DNA of 51,929 nt, filler included, from Bipalium vagum (taxonomy: Eukaryota): NCBI GenBank assembly GCA_037834085.1. It is 3 parts of 3 records of this genome, joined end to end, with 100 filler letters (N's around TTAATTAATTAA, not from the genome) between each part and the next. Parts side by side here need not be neighbours in the genome. Positions count along the whole stretch, not along the records: positions 17,536 to 34,389 come from JBBMKC010089975.1; positions 34,490 to 51,929 come from JBBMKC010065433.1; 1 more part is not named here. The stretch is one strand, 5' to 3'. The notes under the pieces are model-generated. The model was not told where the DNA came from, searched no databases, and saw only the letters and a program-made list of their open reading frames with translations. The translations under genes and the position numbers were made by a program. Shown here in pieces: positions 25,996 to 37,679 of the stretch. Every line of letters starts with the position of its first letter. Within the stretch, counting starts at the first letter, position 1.

Positions 25996-26960
25996 ATATT
26001 CATCAAATTAATAATAAAACTTTAAATATATTTAATGAGAAATAAATTCTTACACAATTTGATAAAAATAATCATAAAGTTGAAGGTGGTTTATTAGATT
26101 TTTATTTAGATCAAGGGATGATATTGAAATTAGTGCATAAGGAATTAATATTAAAAAAATCTTACTGGCAAACCATTTATTCAATTTAATATAGAAAAAA
26201 AATCAGCTAAAAGAGATCGAGTTATCTTTGGGGATTTCTTTTTCAAATTATTAAATAATGCATATTATGGAAAAAAAATAAAATTTTAGGAAGGGAAAAA
26301 TATAGAAATCGTTAGGGATTATAAAAAATTTAAATTATATGCTTCTAAATTAACATTTGAAAGATCAAAAATATTTTCAAAAAATAGAGTTGCATGTCTC
26401 ATGAAAAACTAAAAAAAATGATAAATTTAATAATGTACGATTTTTTGTTTTAGAATATTCTAAATTAATAATGTATGATTTTGTATATAATTGTTTAGAA
26501 AAAGAATTATGTGAAAAATATAAAATTCATTTTGATGATACTAATTCTTTATTTAGTGAATTTATTTTAGATAAAATTAAAACAATAAAAGATATAGAAA
26601 ATAAACTATCAAACTATTTAGGAAATGAATTATTTCAATTTAAAGATGAGAAAACAAATGAGACATTTAAAGAAGCCTATTTTATAAAATCTAAATCTTA
26701 TGCTTATGAAGAAATAATAATAATAAAACTAAAGAAATATTTTTTGATCAAAATATGAAAGGAATAAATTAAAGAGTTAAAACAGACTTAAATGATTATG
26801 AAAATGCATTAAGCGGAAAAATAATTAAGAAAACAAATCATGGAAGGCATCTGATAAACATAATATTTATTTATATCAACAAGATAAAATTACATTAAGT
26901 CCCTTTGATGATAAACTTTTGATTGATAATAATGGAATAAATAGTTTTTCACATGGTTAT
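25996..26960 (+). pseudogene. Polinton protein-primed DNA polymerase B (pPolB), C-terminal part
   Basis: KPFIQFN, FFFKLLNNAYYGK (KxxxNxxYG motif), MYDFVY..FDDTNSLF (degenerate YxDTDS), FIKSKSYAY, LSPFDDK, HGY. Confidence 0.88.
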
Positions 26961-27295
26961 ACAATTAAATGTAATAATTGGGTTTTTAAATTAGAAGTTA
27001 TTTCTGGATCTCATGAATGTATATATATTTTTTCCATAAATTATTTTGTAATAAATTTGATTTATATAAAAATGAGTCAAATATCTACTTTAAAATATTT
27101 CGAATTAAATAATATTTTATATTTAAAGGATTTATATTTTGATTTATTAAATCTTCAAATATTAAGTTTACAAGATTTTTATGATTATTTTGAAATCGAA
27201 TATTTTATATTTTCATGGGAAGAATAATATTAGTTTATTTATAAAAAATATTTATTAAAAATTTTTTAAATATTTATTTATTAAAAAACAAATAT

Positions 27296-27966
27296 TTACA
27301 AATATTTATTAAAACAATTTTTAGAGATTTGTCTAACTTTAGTTTCAATATTAAACATTTTTCCTTCTTTAATTTTTATTTCCATAAATTGTTCCATTAA
27401 TAAAACTACATTTATTTCTCCTTTAAAATCTGTAAAAAATAAAATATGTAAAGTGACAACTGCTCCATTTAAACATAAATTTTCTGGTTGATCTTTTAAA
27501 TCAACACAACATATGGAATATAAATTTTGAAATTCTAATAAACTTAGTTGAGGGTTATTATTAAAATATCTAACATAATTATTATCTAACAAATTATTTT
27601 TTCCTTTTTCAAATTGAATTGGATTTAAGGGATAATAAGAATTATTTACTTCTATTCTTAAAGATTTAATTTTATCTTGAATAAAAAAATTATGTTTATT
27701 AAATTTAAATTCTGATTCTCTAAGAGCTGTAAAAATGTAAATTAGTTTATTCGGTACTATATATAATTGTAATGTTTGAGTTATACCTTCAGTTAAAGTT
27801 ATTTCTTCACAATGTCTAGATAAAAAAGTTATATTTATAGATTTTCCATCATCTATTCTTGTCAAAAGATTTAATTCTGATGTATGATTTAATTGTAATT
27901 CTGGAATAAATAATTTTAAATCAAGTAATTTTATTTTAGAGTCTTCTTTTGTTGCATAAATATTTC
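27296..27966 (-). pseudogene. Polinton major capsid protein (double jelly-roll), C-terminal half
   Basis: KIKLLDLKLFIPELQL..INITFLSR..IKSLRIEVNNSYYP..LSLLEFQNLYSICCVDLKDQPE matches the Polinton MCP layout; continues 29346-29800 once the Merlin insert is removed. Confidence 0.78.
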
Positions 27967-29345
27967 GGATGAATTTCGGTAAATGTACCACCAAGGTACC
28001 ACTTTTGTTTAAATATTGTATTTTCATAACTTTTGTTAATTGAATAAAATTTATTTACTTATATATTTATGTGAATGATAACGATCCTCTTTAGAGCTAT
28101 GTATATTTATTGATTGTTAAAAGAAAGAGTTATTATTCTTTGAATATCTATTAAGTATTAACCAAAGAATTAAATAAAAATTATTAAAAAATATATAAAA
28201 AAATTTTTACATAAAAAAATTTTACTGATCAAGGAGTTTTAATGTTCCTAGGTTTAAAATATAAGCATTAAATTATTTAATTTTTTTAGTCTTTAATTTT
28301 ATAAATATAATTAATATAAAGTTAGTGCCTCTAGAAAGCTTTCCCATATATTTATGAATGCTTCTCCAAATACATTCGAACAAATGTTCTTGTATGTGTT
28401 CGGAATCACGATTCATTGGTTTAATTTGTATTTTTAAACCATTCCAAATGCCTTCAATATTATTGGTGTGGACACCAGTAATTGGATTTTTATATGAAAC
28501 CAAGTGATTGACAGTTTCATGTTCATATCCCTTTTGAGCTAATCCAGTACACCCTTTCCACATATCGGTGTGTATGAATGTTCCATGTTTGACATGTTTC
28601 GTAATTATATTTATTAATGTATCTGAAGAACGATCAGGTATTTTTATAAGAAATTTCTTTCTTTCTTCTGTAAGTTCTATACCACCGAGAACCCATGCTC
28701 CTTCAACACGATGACCTAGGTGATATTTTCTTTTTCCCCATTTTGATTTCATCGATTTTGTCGATGATGCCTTCTCCTCCGATAATTGTATCTTCATATT
28801 CTAATATATTTGAGACCACATCACGAAAGTTTGCTGGAATGGGGTAACAGTTTCAGAACTGCACTTAGAAATCGAAATGATTGAAGTTGTTGGCAATTTA
28901 TTTAGCCAAAAAAAGCCAATAATAAAAATTTTGAAAATTGTATTTTCTGATCTTTGAATATTGTTTCACTTTTTATTGAAATTGTTTTACGGCATTTTTT
29001 ATTTCCGCATCTAAACCACTTGTTATTCATCTCCATATTCATAGGCTTGTTACATTTTTGGTATGCTTTATCCAGAGGTAATAATTGAATTATAAGAAAT
29101 TCTTTTGACATTTCTTTATTAAATAGTATTTCATAAAATTCTGAAACTGAGGGTAGCATCTAAAGGATAGCCATAATATTAAATTTTATTTATTAAATTT
29201 TTTAGTATAATTTTCTTACATTAAATAAGTAAAATTAGTTTTAAATATAATTTTTTTAATAATCCAATTTATATACTAAGAAAGCTGCTTTATTTGATGA
29301 ATTGAAACAAACGTCAAAAGATGGTACATCTACCGAAATAGATCC
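27967..29345 (-). mobile_element. Merlin (IS1595/IS1016-like) DNA transposon, both ends present, transposase frameshifted
   Basis: TIRs GGATGAATTTCGGTAAATGTACCA and TGGTACATCTACCGAAATAGATCC; 8-bp TSD AATATTTC (27959-27966 and 29346-29353). Zn ribbon in ORF 28902-29159; KRKYHLGHRVEGAWVLGG, IHTDMWKG, HETVNH and GVHTNNIEGIW in ORF 28273-28797. Confidence 0.95.
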
Positions 29346-29800
29346 AATATTTCTTTATCAATTCTTCTTGTAAATGTTAATTCTCCTTGTATGTCATGAA
29401 TTATTAAATTATAAAATTTTAAAAATCCAAATATTAATTTTAATGGAAATTCATCTTTAAATTTTTATTAAAATATAAATATTTTCTAGTTTTAAATCCT
29501 TTATTATCTTTAGTTTCATCATTTTTTATTTTATCTAATATCCAGCTAAATTACAAAATTCGTTAAAGAATTTGATGGACCTAAATTTTCAATTGTTTCT
29601 ATTTCAGGTGAACCTAATTTTAAAGTAGTATTAGAAAATAAATATGGAAAGAAGTGATTTTGTAAGGTTATATTTTCATCATCTTTCATATCTTGAATTT
29701 GAATTTTACATTTTAATTTTATTCACATTTTTCAGCTGTTAAGTCTTTTTTTATCTAGATTTAATTTGAAAGTATTTAATAGAAAACATTGAGACAATAA
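29346..29800 (-). pseudogene. Polinton major capsid protein, N-terminal half
   Basis: Minus strand ITLQNHFFPYLFSNTTLKLGSPEIETIENLG, GFKTRK and FPLKLIFGFLKFYNLIIHDIQGELTFTRR. Confidence 0.78.
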
Positions 29801-30160
29801 TTGGAATGTTATTTATATTTCTTAAAAATATTATGAACTAGATAAAAATTCAATAAGAAATAACATAAACGTTTTTATATTTTTTTAGAATTAAGTATTA
29901 GACATAAAAATTAATTTACATTGATTTACTTAGAAACATTATGGAAAACAACTGATTTCGATCAATTTGTTAATAATTATTGGAATGTAAAATATAATTA
30001 TATTTATTTAAATCGAGAAAATAAAGAAATAAAAACAGATATTTTTAATGAAGAAAACAACGAAGAGTAAGGTAGACTAGAAAAAGTTGAAAGAAACTTG
30101 CAGTCTCAAATAACAAATGATAAATGTTTAGAAAATTTTACAAATCCATGAGAATTACAT

Positions 30161-30559
30161 TTGAAATCTTTAAGTCCTTTAAATAAAACAAATCCGGTAC
30201 ATTCATTTTTAGGATCTGGCTCGTATATTGATAAAAGATTAGAAAACTATAATGACATTATAGAACATTACAATGAAACTAGAAAATTAGATATTCTTCA
30301 AATTCCAAAACAAGGCTCATTACCAATAAACAGAATTGATGCAGCTTCCATGAAACATGATGTAAAATATATTTCAAAAGATAGACATGCTGATTATGAT
30401 GAAATGATACATGAAATGAAAAATATTCAAAATCCCACTTTAAGAGAAAAACTTGAAAGAATGATAAAAAAATTAATTATGAAGGGTGCCTATAGTTTAG
30501 GTCTTCAAGAAGCTGCTAAAAATATTGCAAATGAAAAACTAATTAAAGGCAAAGAATAA
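30161..30559 (+). CDS. Parvovirus-VP1-like phospholipase A2 domain protein of a Polinton/adintovirus
   Basis: HSFLGSGSYIDKRL (YLGPG-like Ca-binding loop) and PINRIDAASMKHDVKY (DxAxxxHDxxY, catalytic HD). Confidence 0.8.
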   Translation: MKSLSPLNKTNPVHSFLGSGSYIDKRLENYNDIIEHYNETRKLDILQIPKQGSLPINRIDAASMKHDVKYISKDRHADYDEMIHEMKNIQNPTLREKLERMIKKLIMKGAYSLGLQEAAKNIANEKLIKGKE

Positions 30560-30560
30560 T

Positions 30561-31368
30561 AATGAAAAAAAATTAGCAAATGAACTTCATAAAGAATTTA
30601 GAAAACCTAAACAATTTTTAAAAGTCAAAGTATTTAATAAAGATGATATTCGGTCAGCAGATTTAAATTTTGCCCCAGGAGAAAAAGATTATAAAATAAT
30701 TCTAAAAGTAATTGATTTTTGCACAAGATATGTTTTGCTGTACATTTAAAAAATAAAACAGGACAATCTATAAAAAAATGCATGTGATACAATATTTGGA
30801 GACTACCAAAGAAAACCAGAAAAACTTTTGGTTGATAACGGTACTAAATTTTACAATAAAAATTTGAGGAATATTGCGATGATCACGAAATGGAAATTTA
30901 TTCAACAGAGAATGAAAAGAGAGTTGTAGTCATTGAAAGATTTAATAAAACTTTTAAAAAATTAATGTTCAAAATATTTACAGAACAAGGAAATCGAAAA
31001 TGGTTACATCTTTTACCAAATTTAATTAATTTTTATAATAATTGACCACATTCATCAATTGGTAGTTCTCCTAATGAAGCATTTAAAAATCCTGAGAAAT
31101 TAAAAGTAAAAAATAATAAAAATGAAAATACTAATTCCTTAACTTTAAAATCTAAATTTCATATTGGAGATCGTGTAAGAATTTTTATATATAAAAATAA
31201 ATTCGAAAAGAGATATACAGCAAAATGGGCAAATGAAATTTTTATTATTAATGAAATATTATTATACAAATCCATTTGTTTATGGAGTAATTGATTTTAA
31301 AGGACAAAAAATATTAGGTAAGTTTTATGAAAATGAGTTGCAATCATCTAAATTTTTTATAAAATGAA
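30561..31368 (+). pseudogene. Polinton retroviral-type integrase, fragment 2
   Basis: LANELHKEFRKPK, DDIRSADL, KPEKLLVDNGTKFYNK, VVVIERFNKT, HSSIGSSP, KFHIGDRVRI, YTAKWANEIF and GKFYENELQ. Confidence 0.92.
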
Positions 31369-31563
31369 TAAAATGATATATTTATTTTTAAAATTTATTT
31401 TAAGGATATGGTTTGAATTTAACAAATATTTTGCGTTTTATAGCTTTTGATGTGGGTTTATTAAATATTTAAAATTCATTTGATATTATTATCTTTCAAA
31501 ACATTAATAAATTTCAAAATATAATTTAAAAAATTAAATTAAAATTAAAATTATAAAGACTAA

Positions 31564-31667
31564 AATTAAAACAAAAACTGTATACAATTTTACTGATTCA
31601 GTTTTTCAATTTTTTTTTAACTCAAAAAATGAAACCCCAAAATGGTATACCGTTTTTGTTTTAATTT
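31564..31667. repeat. 29-bp inverted repeat
   Basis: AAATTAAAACAAAAACTGTATACAATTTT pairs with AAAATGGTATACCGTTTTTGTTTTAATTT (2 mismatches) across a spacer of about 45 bp. Confidence 0.7.
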
Positions 31668-32357
31668 CAAAGACAAGCATGCGTAAAACTATTAACATAA
31701 AAAAATTTATAATTTCGATATATTATTTTAAATATATTTCTGTATGTGATCTAGATAAAGATTAAATGCTCTTTCTGTTGGTATGATTTTCATTTTGACC
31801 CGATCATTATTTCTTATCAAATAATCGATTTTTTGATTTTTTTCGAAAGTATCTCAGAAAGTAAATTAATGACACATATTTGTTATTTTATGATAATTAT
31901 TAATATATAATTCTTTATCTTACTGCACAAAAAATTTTATACCCAGATTCAGGTTTTAATAAGATATTGACTTTTACATGTATTTTTACCATTTTTGACA
32001 CTTAATAACTTTTTTCCTCTAAGAGATATTAAGTTGAAATTTTATCTCTGTGTAGATTTTAAGATGCTCTATCTGGTAGAAGTAAAATAAATGTCATAAA
32101 TATTTTAGTTTTGAATACATGAAGAATATTCGAATTTTACATGTAGTTTAATTAAAACGAAACTAAAATACTTATTAGAATTTGGTTGAAGAAATATTAA
32201 ACTAATTATAAAGGTCTAATAGAATAATCATATTCGATTTCAAAAAGTTTAAAATATTCGGTTTTATAATTATTCGAAGTTTTAAATATTTGAACCTTAA
32301 TATTTCCTAAAAGAAGATATATAGAAAAAATCTAATGAAACTTTTAATTTGTTGGCA

Positions 32358-32705
32358 CTACTTCAGCCTTTTATATTTCTGAATATCTGTTATTAGAGGG
32401 CATATTTTCTTATAGACCAGTCTAAATTGTTCAGCTAAAACAAATCTTTGCATGCTACTACTGTGGATTTGAGTCGCATTTGAAATATCGGAGATGATAC
32501 TAGACCAGTTTCTAAAAATTGTTGCTGACACCGCTGCTCGTCGGTCTTCATAATTCTTAATATAATGTCTTCCAGAAATTTGCTTCCTAGCCAACGTACC
32601 ACTTTCAAAAAATAGATCCCTCAATTTTCTGGCATAGTTTTTGTTGAAATTGAAAGATCGACATGAATCTTTGACCCTAGTATATTCGGGTTCCACTTTT
32701 TCCAT
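32358..32705 (-). pseudogene. Tc1/mariner-like transposase N-terminal (HTH) fragment
   Basis: LFFESGTLARKQISGR..ISDISNATQIHSSSMQR..KKICPLITDIQKYKRLK; no catalytic domain follows. Confidence 0.65.
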
Positions 32706-32775
32706 TTTGATCAACAACTTTTCATAATTCAGTAATAATAAAAAAGATTTGATATTTCTAAATTCAAAAGCGGCC

Positions 32776-32826
32776 AGAGTACTCATGCGTATGTGAAAGG
32801 TCCTGGGTTCGAATCCCGGTATCTCT
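32776..32826 (+). pseudogene. Partial tRNA (Ala-like 3' half) pseudogene or SINE head
   Basis: ATGTGAAAGGTCCTGGGTTCGAATCCCGGTATCTC contains a T-arm/B-box (GGTTCGAATCC) and resembles tRNA-Ala 3' halves; 5' acceptor strand and D arm are missing. Confidence 0.6.
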
Positions 32827-33657
32827 GATTAATTTTCAACTAACAAATATAATATATTTATATTTTTAAAAACTATTACTAAGAATTTTTATCATTACAT
32901 GATAAAAATAATTTTTAAATGAGTAAAATAATGACTTTATTACATTATAAAATAAAAATTTATGATAAAATGATTTTGTGACTTTATTTTCATAAAATAT
33001 CCGGAAAATATGAGAATTTAAAAAATAATTAAAAAAAAGAAAAATTATTTATTCAATTTTAATAAACAAATACTATTAACCAGTCCTTTTCAATAAATAT
33101 CATCAGAAAAGAAAACAACGAAAAGTCAAGGGAAAATATTTTTATTATTGCAAATATTGTCAATAGTAAAGAAAAAATAGGTAAAATAAATGACATGCAG
33201 TGTCATTAAATATTCCTAAAAATCATTTATTGATTTTTCCTGAAAATATTGATTAAAAATTAAAAAATCAATTGACATGAGAAAAGCTCACAAATAAAGT
33301 TAGATACGTTCTCTCTCGAAACGCTGGACGATTTAACGGTCTGAAAATGCAAAGTTAATAAAATATTAATTTGATTGAAAGAAACAATATTGATAAATTC
33401 TCAAAGTTAAATAATTCACTTTAAATTTTTAAAATTTTAAATAATAAACTGAAGAGTCTAAGGATGATATGGTAAAGAAGTATGAAAAGCATTTTATTAT
33501 CTTCAGAAAGGTGGTAGAGTTGTTTGAACAACAAAAATTTATCAAAGAAACCAGAGTTTTTATTAATATCTCCAGATTGTCAGAGAAAAGAGAAAATCAC
33601 ATTCTTCAACTTTTTAAGTATTAAAAAATATATTAAAGCATGATTTGCTTAAAATTT

Positions 33658-34219
33658 TCATAATTTCAAAGGACGCACTGATGTAGAAACCATTAGAGTT
33701 GTAGCTTTTGCAGTTGAACCAGGCGCCAAGCTTCCAGCTCGGACAGTGGAAACCGAACTGCGGTTTTTCGTTCTCAGTTTCTGTAAAGCTTGTTCAGCCT
33801 GGTCGGCTCTTTCTTCGGAATCCTCTATTTCCTGCTGAATCTTTCGATATTTGGCCAAATTAACTGCAGCGATTTCTTCGGCTTCTTCCACTTGTCTCTT
33901 GTAGATCTTGATTTTGGACTGAAGTTTTTCAACCAGGTCTTGCAATCTTTCCTGATTCTTTTTGTCTTCCTCAGTCTGAAAGAGAAAATCGTTGATTACA
34001 AGATCTGTGAAAGTGTCCTTTTAGTACTTGTAGTCCAATTTCCTTGATTCGTCTTTCCATTTTTCGTGTACTTTTCTGAGTCTCTGTATGTCGTCGTTGT
34101 TCCGCATCCAGTTCTGACTCCAATTCACGAACTCGTTGTTCCAGTTTACTGACGACTTTTTTTCCATCTCTTATTGCATTGTTTTCAGACTCATCCAATC
34201 TCGCTTGATAATCTTTCAG
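33658..34219 (-). CDS. Mhc: Muscle myosin II heavy chain, last rod exons (5' part cut off by the linker)
   Basis: Exons 34219-34028 and 33975-33658 with a 52-bp intron: [68 protein letters not shown]. Confidence 0.95.
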
Positions 34220-34334
34220 CTGAATTTTAAAGAATAGTATCAGATCATACAAACAATATTATAAAAAATTACAAATCCATAATTTATTATTTTTTTATTA
34301 GCAAATGAATCATTATTAGGTTTAATTTGTATTA

Positions 34335-34335
<1 letters not shown>

Positions 34336-34389
<54 letters not shown>

Positions 34390-34489
34390 NNNNNNNNNNN
34401 NNNNNNNNNNNNNNNNNNNNNNNNNNNNNNNNNTTAATTAATTAANNNNNNNNNNNNNNNNNNNNNNNNNNNNNNNNNNNNNNNNNNNN

Positions 34490-34556
<67 letters not shown>
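34336..34556. repeat. (ATT)n and (AAT)n microsatellites abutting the second linker
   Basis: ATT run ends at 34389 and AAT run starts at 34490; opposite orientations on the two sides. Confidence 0.95.
34390..34489. other. Artificial contig linker (44 N + TTAATTAATTAA + 44 N)
   Basis: Same 100-bp structure as 17436-17535. Confidence 0.97.
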
Positions 34557-34557
<1 letters not shown>

Positions 34558-34586
34558 TCTCTAAAAATCTCTATAATCACATCAGC

Positions 34587-36088
34587 TTACCATTAAACCT
34601 TAAAGCTTTTGTATTACTTTCTAAAGAGAGAAGAAGAGTCATTGGAACAAGTAAAAGCTTTACTTTCTGGAAAGTAAAGTACCAACTTTCCATCTGCATA
34701 AGGGTAAGAAACCAGCACCAAATTTGTCCTGGAAACACAAACAAATGTTATAAGAAATCGATTGCATAATCAATTATGAACCATTAATCAAAATTAACAA
34801 GAAAGGAGAAATTGATTGACCATTCCTAACAATCGTCAGTTATAATCCTGACACATTTGGCAGGTTCCTTTGTTAAAAGAACGATGAACAAATAACTCAA
34901 CGAAAGATACTTTGCAAAATGATCCTGGCCAAACAATCTTTCCTCGAAAATAAAACAGAAGTGATTACACAGACGGATTGCGAAAGTTGGTTCTCGGACC
35001 TTATCAGTAGAATGATTTCTATTGGTTCGACACAAATCGCCGGCCAATCAAAACGCAGCTGGACACAAATATATTCGGACGATTTTTATTCACAGTAATA
35101 ATCATTCAAGTTTCGTAATAATGCAAGAGTAAGACTTATGTGATTCCTCTCCATACCTTGGTAATTTTTCGTTCCAGACCGTCACTGTCTTTAATCAAAT
35201 CGAATCGTCGAGGTAGATCAAGGTCGAGAGTGAGCCGACGTCAATCGAGGAAAATGTAAATAATTGATTGTTAATCAATGATATCAATTGATTATTCTTA
35301 CTTCAGGGGAAACAGAGAAACGACAGAATATCGGATCAATAATAACAATACTTCCCAGTCGACAATCGTTCCTGAAAACATTGGACTTGCAAAGTAAGAT
35401 CCGTCAGTCGTCATGGATATCATTTAACTCGTCGTAGAATTTTACGCCTAAAGCAGCCCGATGGTCAACCGAAACCTCCTCGTGAATCGGTGCAAAAAAT
35501 CACAGTTCCGCAATTTGATAAAGCGTTTCTGGCTCAATTCAAAATTGTCACACTTGATCGTTCTGTTCGGAAAGATCCAGAAAGTGAGAACATTTGTCCT
35601 TTCACATTTTCCCTATTGCTTTCCTTCATCGCTTCTTGACATTGTCTGGAAAGGGTGTGGTCAGTATTTTTCGATCGACAAATGACGTAACAAAATATGA
35701 TCTCAAAATTATTGTCATTTTAGACCAATGAAATGATAGATTTAATTCCACCGATTTCATTTTCAAGAAATAAATGAACTGCTTTATTTTAGGTCCCTGT
35801 GTTACTGTGAAGAAGTTGAGCACAAGTCCAAAAGAAGCAAGTCTTCCAACCGGAGAGAAACGATCGAGCAGTCTCACTCGATTTGTGAAACACGTCAAGA
35901 GAGCGATCACACCAACGAGATTCTGTCGAAAAAGTGTTAATTTGAAAGACATCGAGTGCTTGGGAGAAGAGAGTGTCAGTAAGAAAACGAAATCGAAGTT
36001 GAACATCAGAAAGTGCAAAAAAAGAAAGAGTGAAGTGAACCTGGTAAAGATCACCAATCTGTTCAGTCCGCTGGTGAAGGGAGCATGA
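34587..36088 (+). CDS. Unknown multi-exon protein (basic, Ser/Arg-rich C-terminal half), 5'-truncated, with one in-frame TGA
   Basis: GT-AG introns 34611-34657, 34704-34754, 34835-34879 and four more downstream join in one frame into ORF 35774-36088; the only interruption is TGA at 34817-34819. Confidence 0.6.
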
Positions 36089-36699
36089 AACATGTCAACG
36101 AAAGACAGTTCACCAGATCGCTCTGCTGAGACCAGCCTCACTTACTTTTCACAACGAGATAACTTCGAACGAGCCCCAGATTATTTATTTTCGCAAATAC
36201 AACTTGATTCTATTTTCTTTATCCTTTGACCTACATTGTGAAATATGAACAAGAATTTTCCGTTGCTTAGTTACAATAATTTATTAATATTTGACTTTTA
36301 TTCCGTGTACCTAAAATGATGTCGTAGATATGTTCCTTTAAATTGCGCCATTTCACTTGAAAAATTGGAACAGTCACAAAAATTATTGCTTAAAATATAA
36401 AAATAATAGAACTGATTTCATTGGTCAGATTAAAAACGTGTGTGCATGCTCGCGATATGAACCCTGAAAATTGGGAATATAATTTTACTGCTAAACTTTT
36501 GCTGAGACAATGAAGACAAGCTTTCACTTCCTTTAAGGGATCAAATTTTTAAACTCGAGTTTTTTGTTTGACCTATTTTCTACTTTACGGAACGAACTAC
36601 ATAAGCAACTCTTGTTGAGACCATCCTTAACGTTAGTCTTGAAAATATGATAAGTTACCATAAATGAGGGTGAGAGAAAGAAATAGCCAGTAAAGAGTA

Positions 36700-37540
36700 C
36701 CTATGATAAATGGTAGTGAACCGATTTCATCACCTTGAAATGATTTGGCTATGGTTTAGTATCTCCCACGTTTTTTGACTGGTTCGCCATTTAAATTATT
36801 GAACGGAGGAGATACTATACCGTTACCAATGATTTGTGTTATTCGACTTTATTATACAGGGTAAGTGCTTCAGTTTCGGAGAAACAAAAGGTGAAACCCT
36901 ATTACTGGTGGTATTTCTGTGTAAACGATCAGATTGGTCGGCTCATTCTGGAATAATACAACTTCAGATGATGAGTTTGGAAAAAATGCTACCTAATTTT
37001 TTAATTTTTAACTTTTTAAATGTTGAGTACAATTTATATTTATTGACTTTGCCTGAATTATTATGCTCATGTCTGGAGGCAAAACAGTGATAGTGAGGCA
37101 ATTGAGCAGATTGGCACTGGAAATTGATGTGAAGTCTTAAACATTGAATTAAGTCTGACTCTTTTTTCAGTCGTGATTTTTCCATTACATTCCATATGAC
37201 TAGCATTTTTGTACTAAAATTTAAACATATTCTGTATATTCCTGACCTTGTCAAGGGATGAGCTATATTGACACATATTTGACCAGTCATTGGTATTAAA
37301 ACCTTTAATAGAAATGAAGTTCTTTTTCCTAATTCAGTGTTTAGATATGGGTTGGATTTGGAATACAATTCAATCAGCCCTAGGTAAATACTTTTTCAGA
37401 CTAATGACATTAAAAAGGTTGTATAAAATTGATTGGTTCACCAAAAGCTATTTTCCAGCGATATCTTATAGTATAGGACAGCAGGAAACTCAGTAGTAAT
37501 AATCACGATAATAATGTTGAAGCTCGAATCTATTCTTGAC
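36700..37540 (+). pseudogene. Possible DIRS-like RT/RNase H relic
   Basis: Faint ordered motifs YGLVSPTFF, LFDFIIQGKC (YLDD-like), DLVKG*AIL (DASxxGWGA-like) and DNNVEA; very decayed. Confidence 0.35.
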
Positions 37541-37679
37541 TTTTTAGTCGATATGACTTCATCTTAAATTATAGAAAAAATAATGAGCTGGGTATTTTAA
37601 TATTATTTATGTTAATTATTAAAAAGTAATTTAAATTAATTAATTAAATTTTGTAAATAGAATTAAAAGTATTAGTTTA

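Noticed and set aside
36085-36115. SECIS element for the in-frame TGA gene
   Set aside because: The hairpin overlaps the stop codon and lacks the non-Watson-Crick GA quartet on the 3' side.
36964-37368. 134-aa minus-strand ORF as a host gene
   Set aside because: Non-ATG start and no motif; the opposite strand shows faint retroelement motifs.
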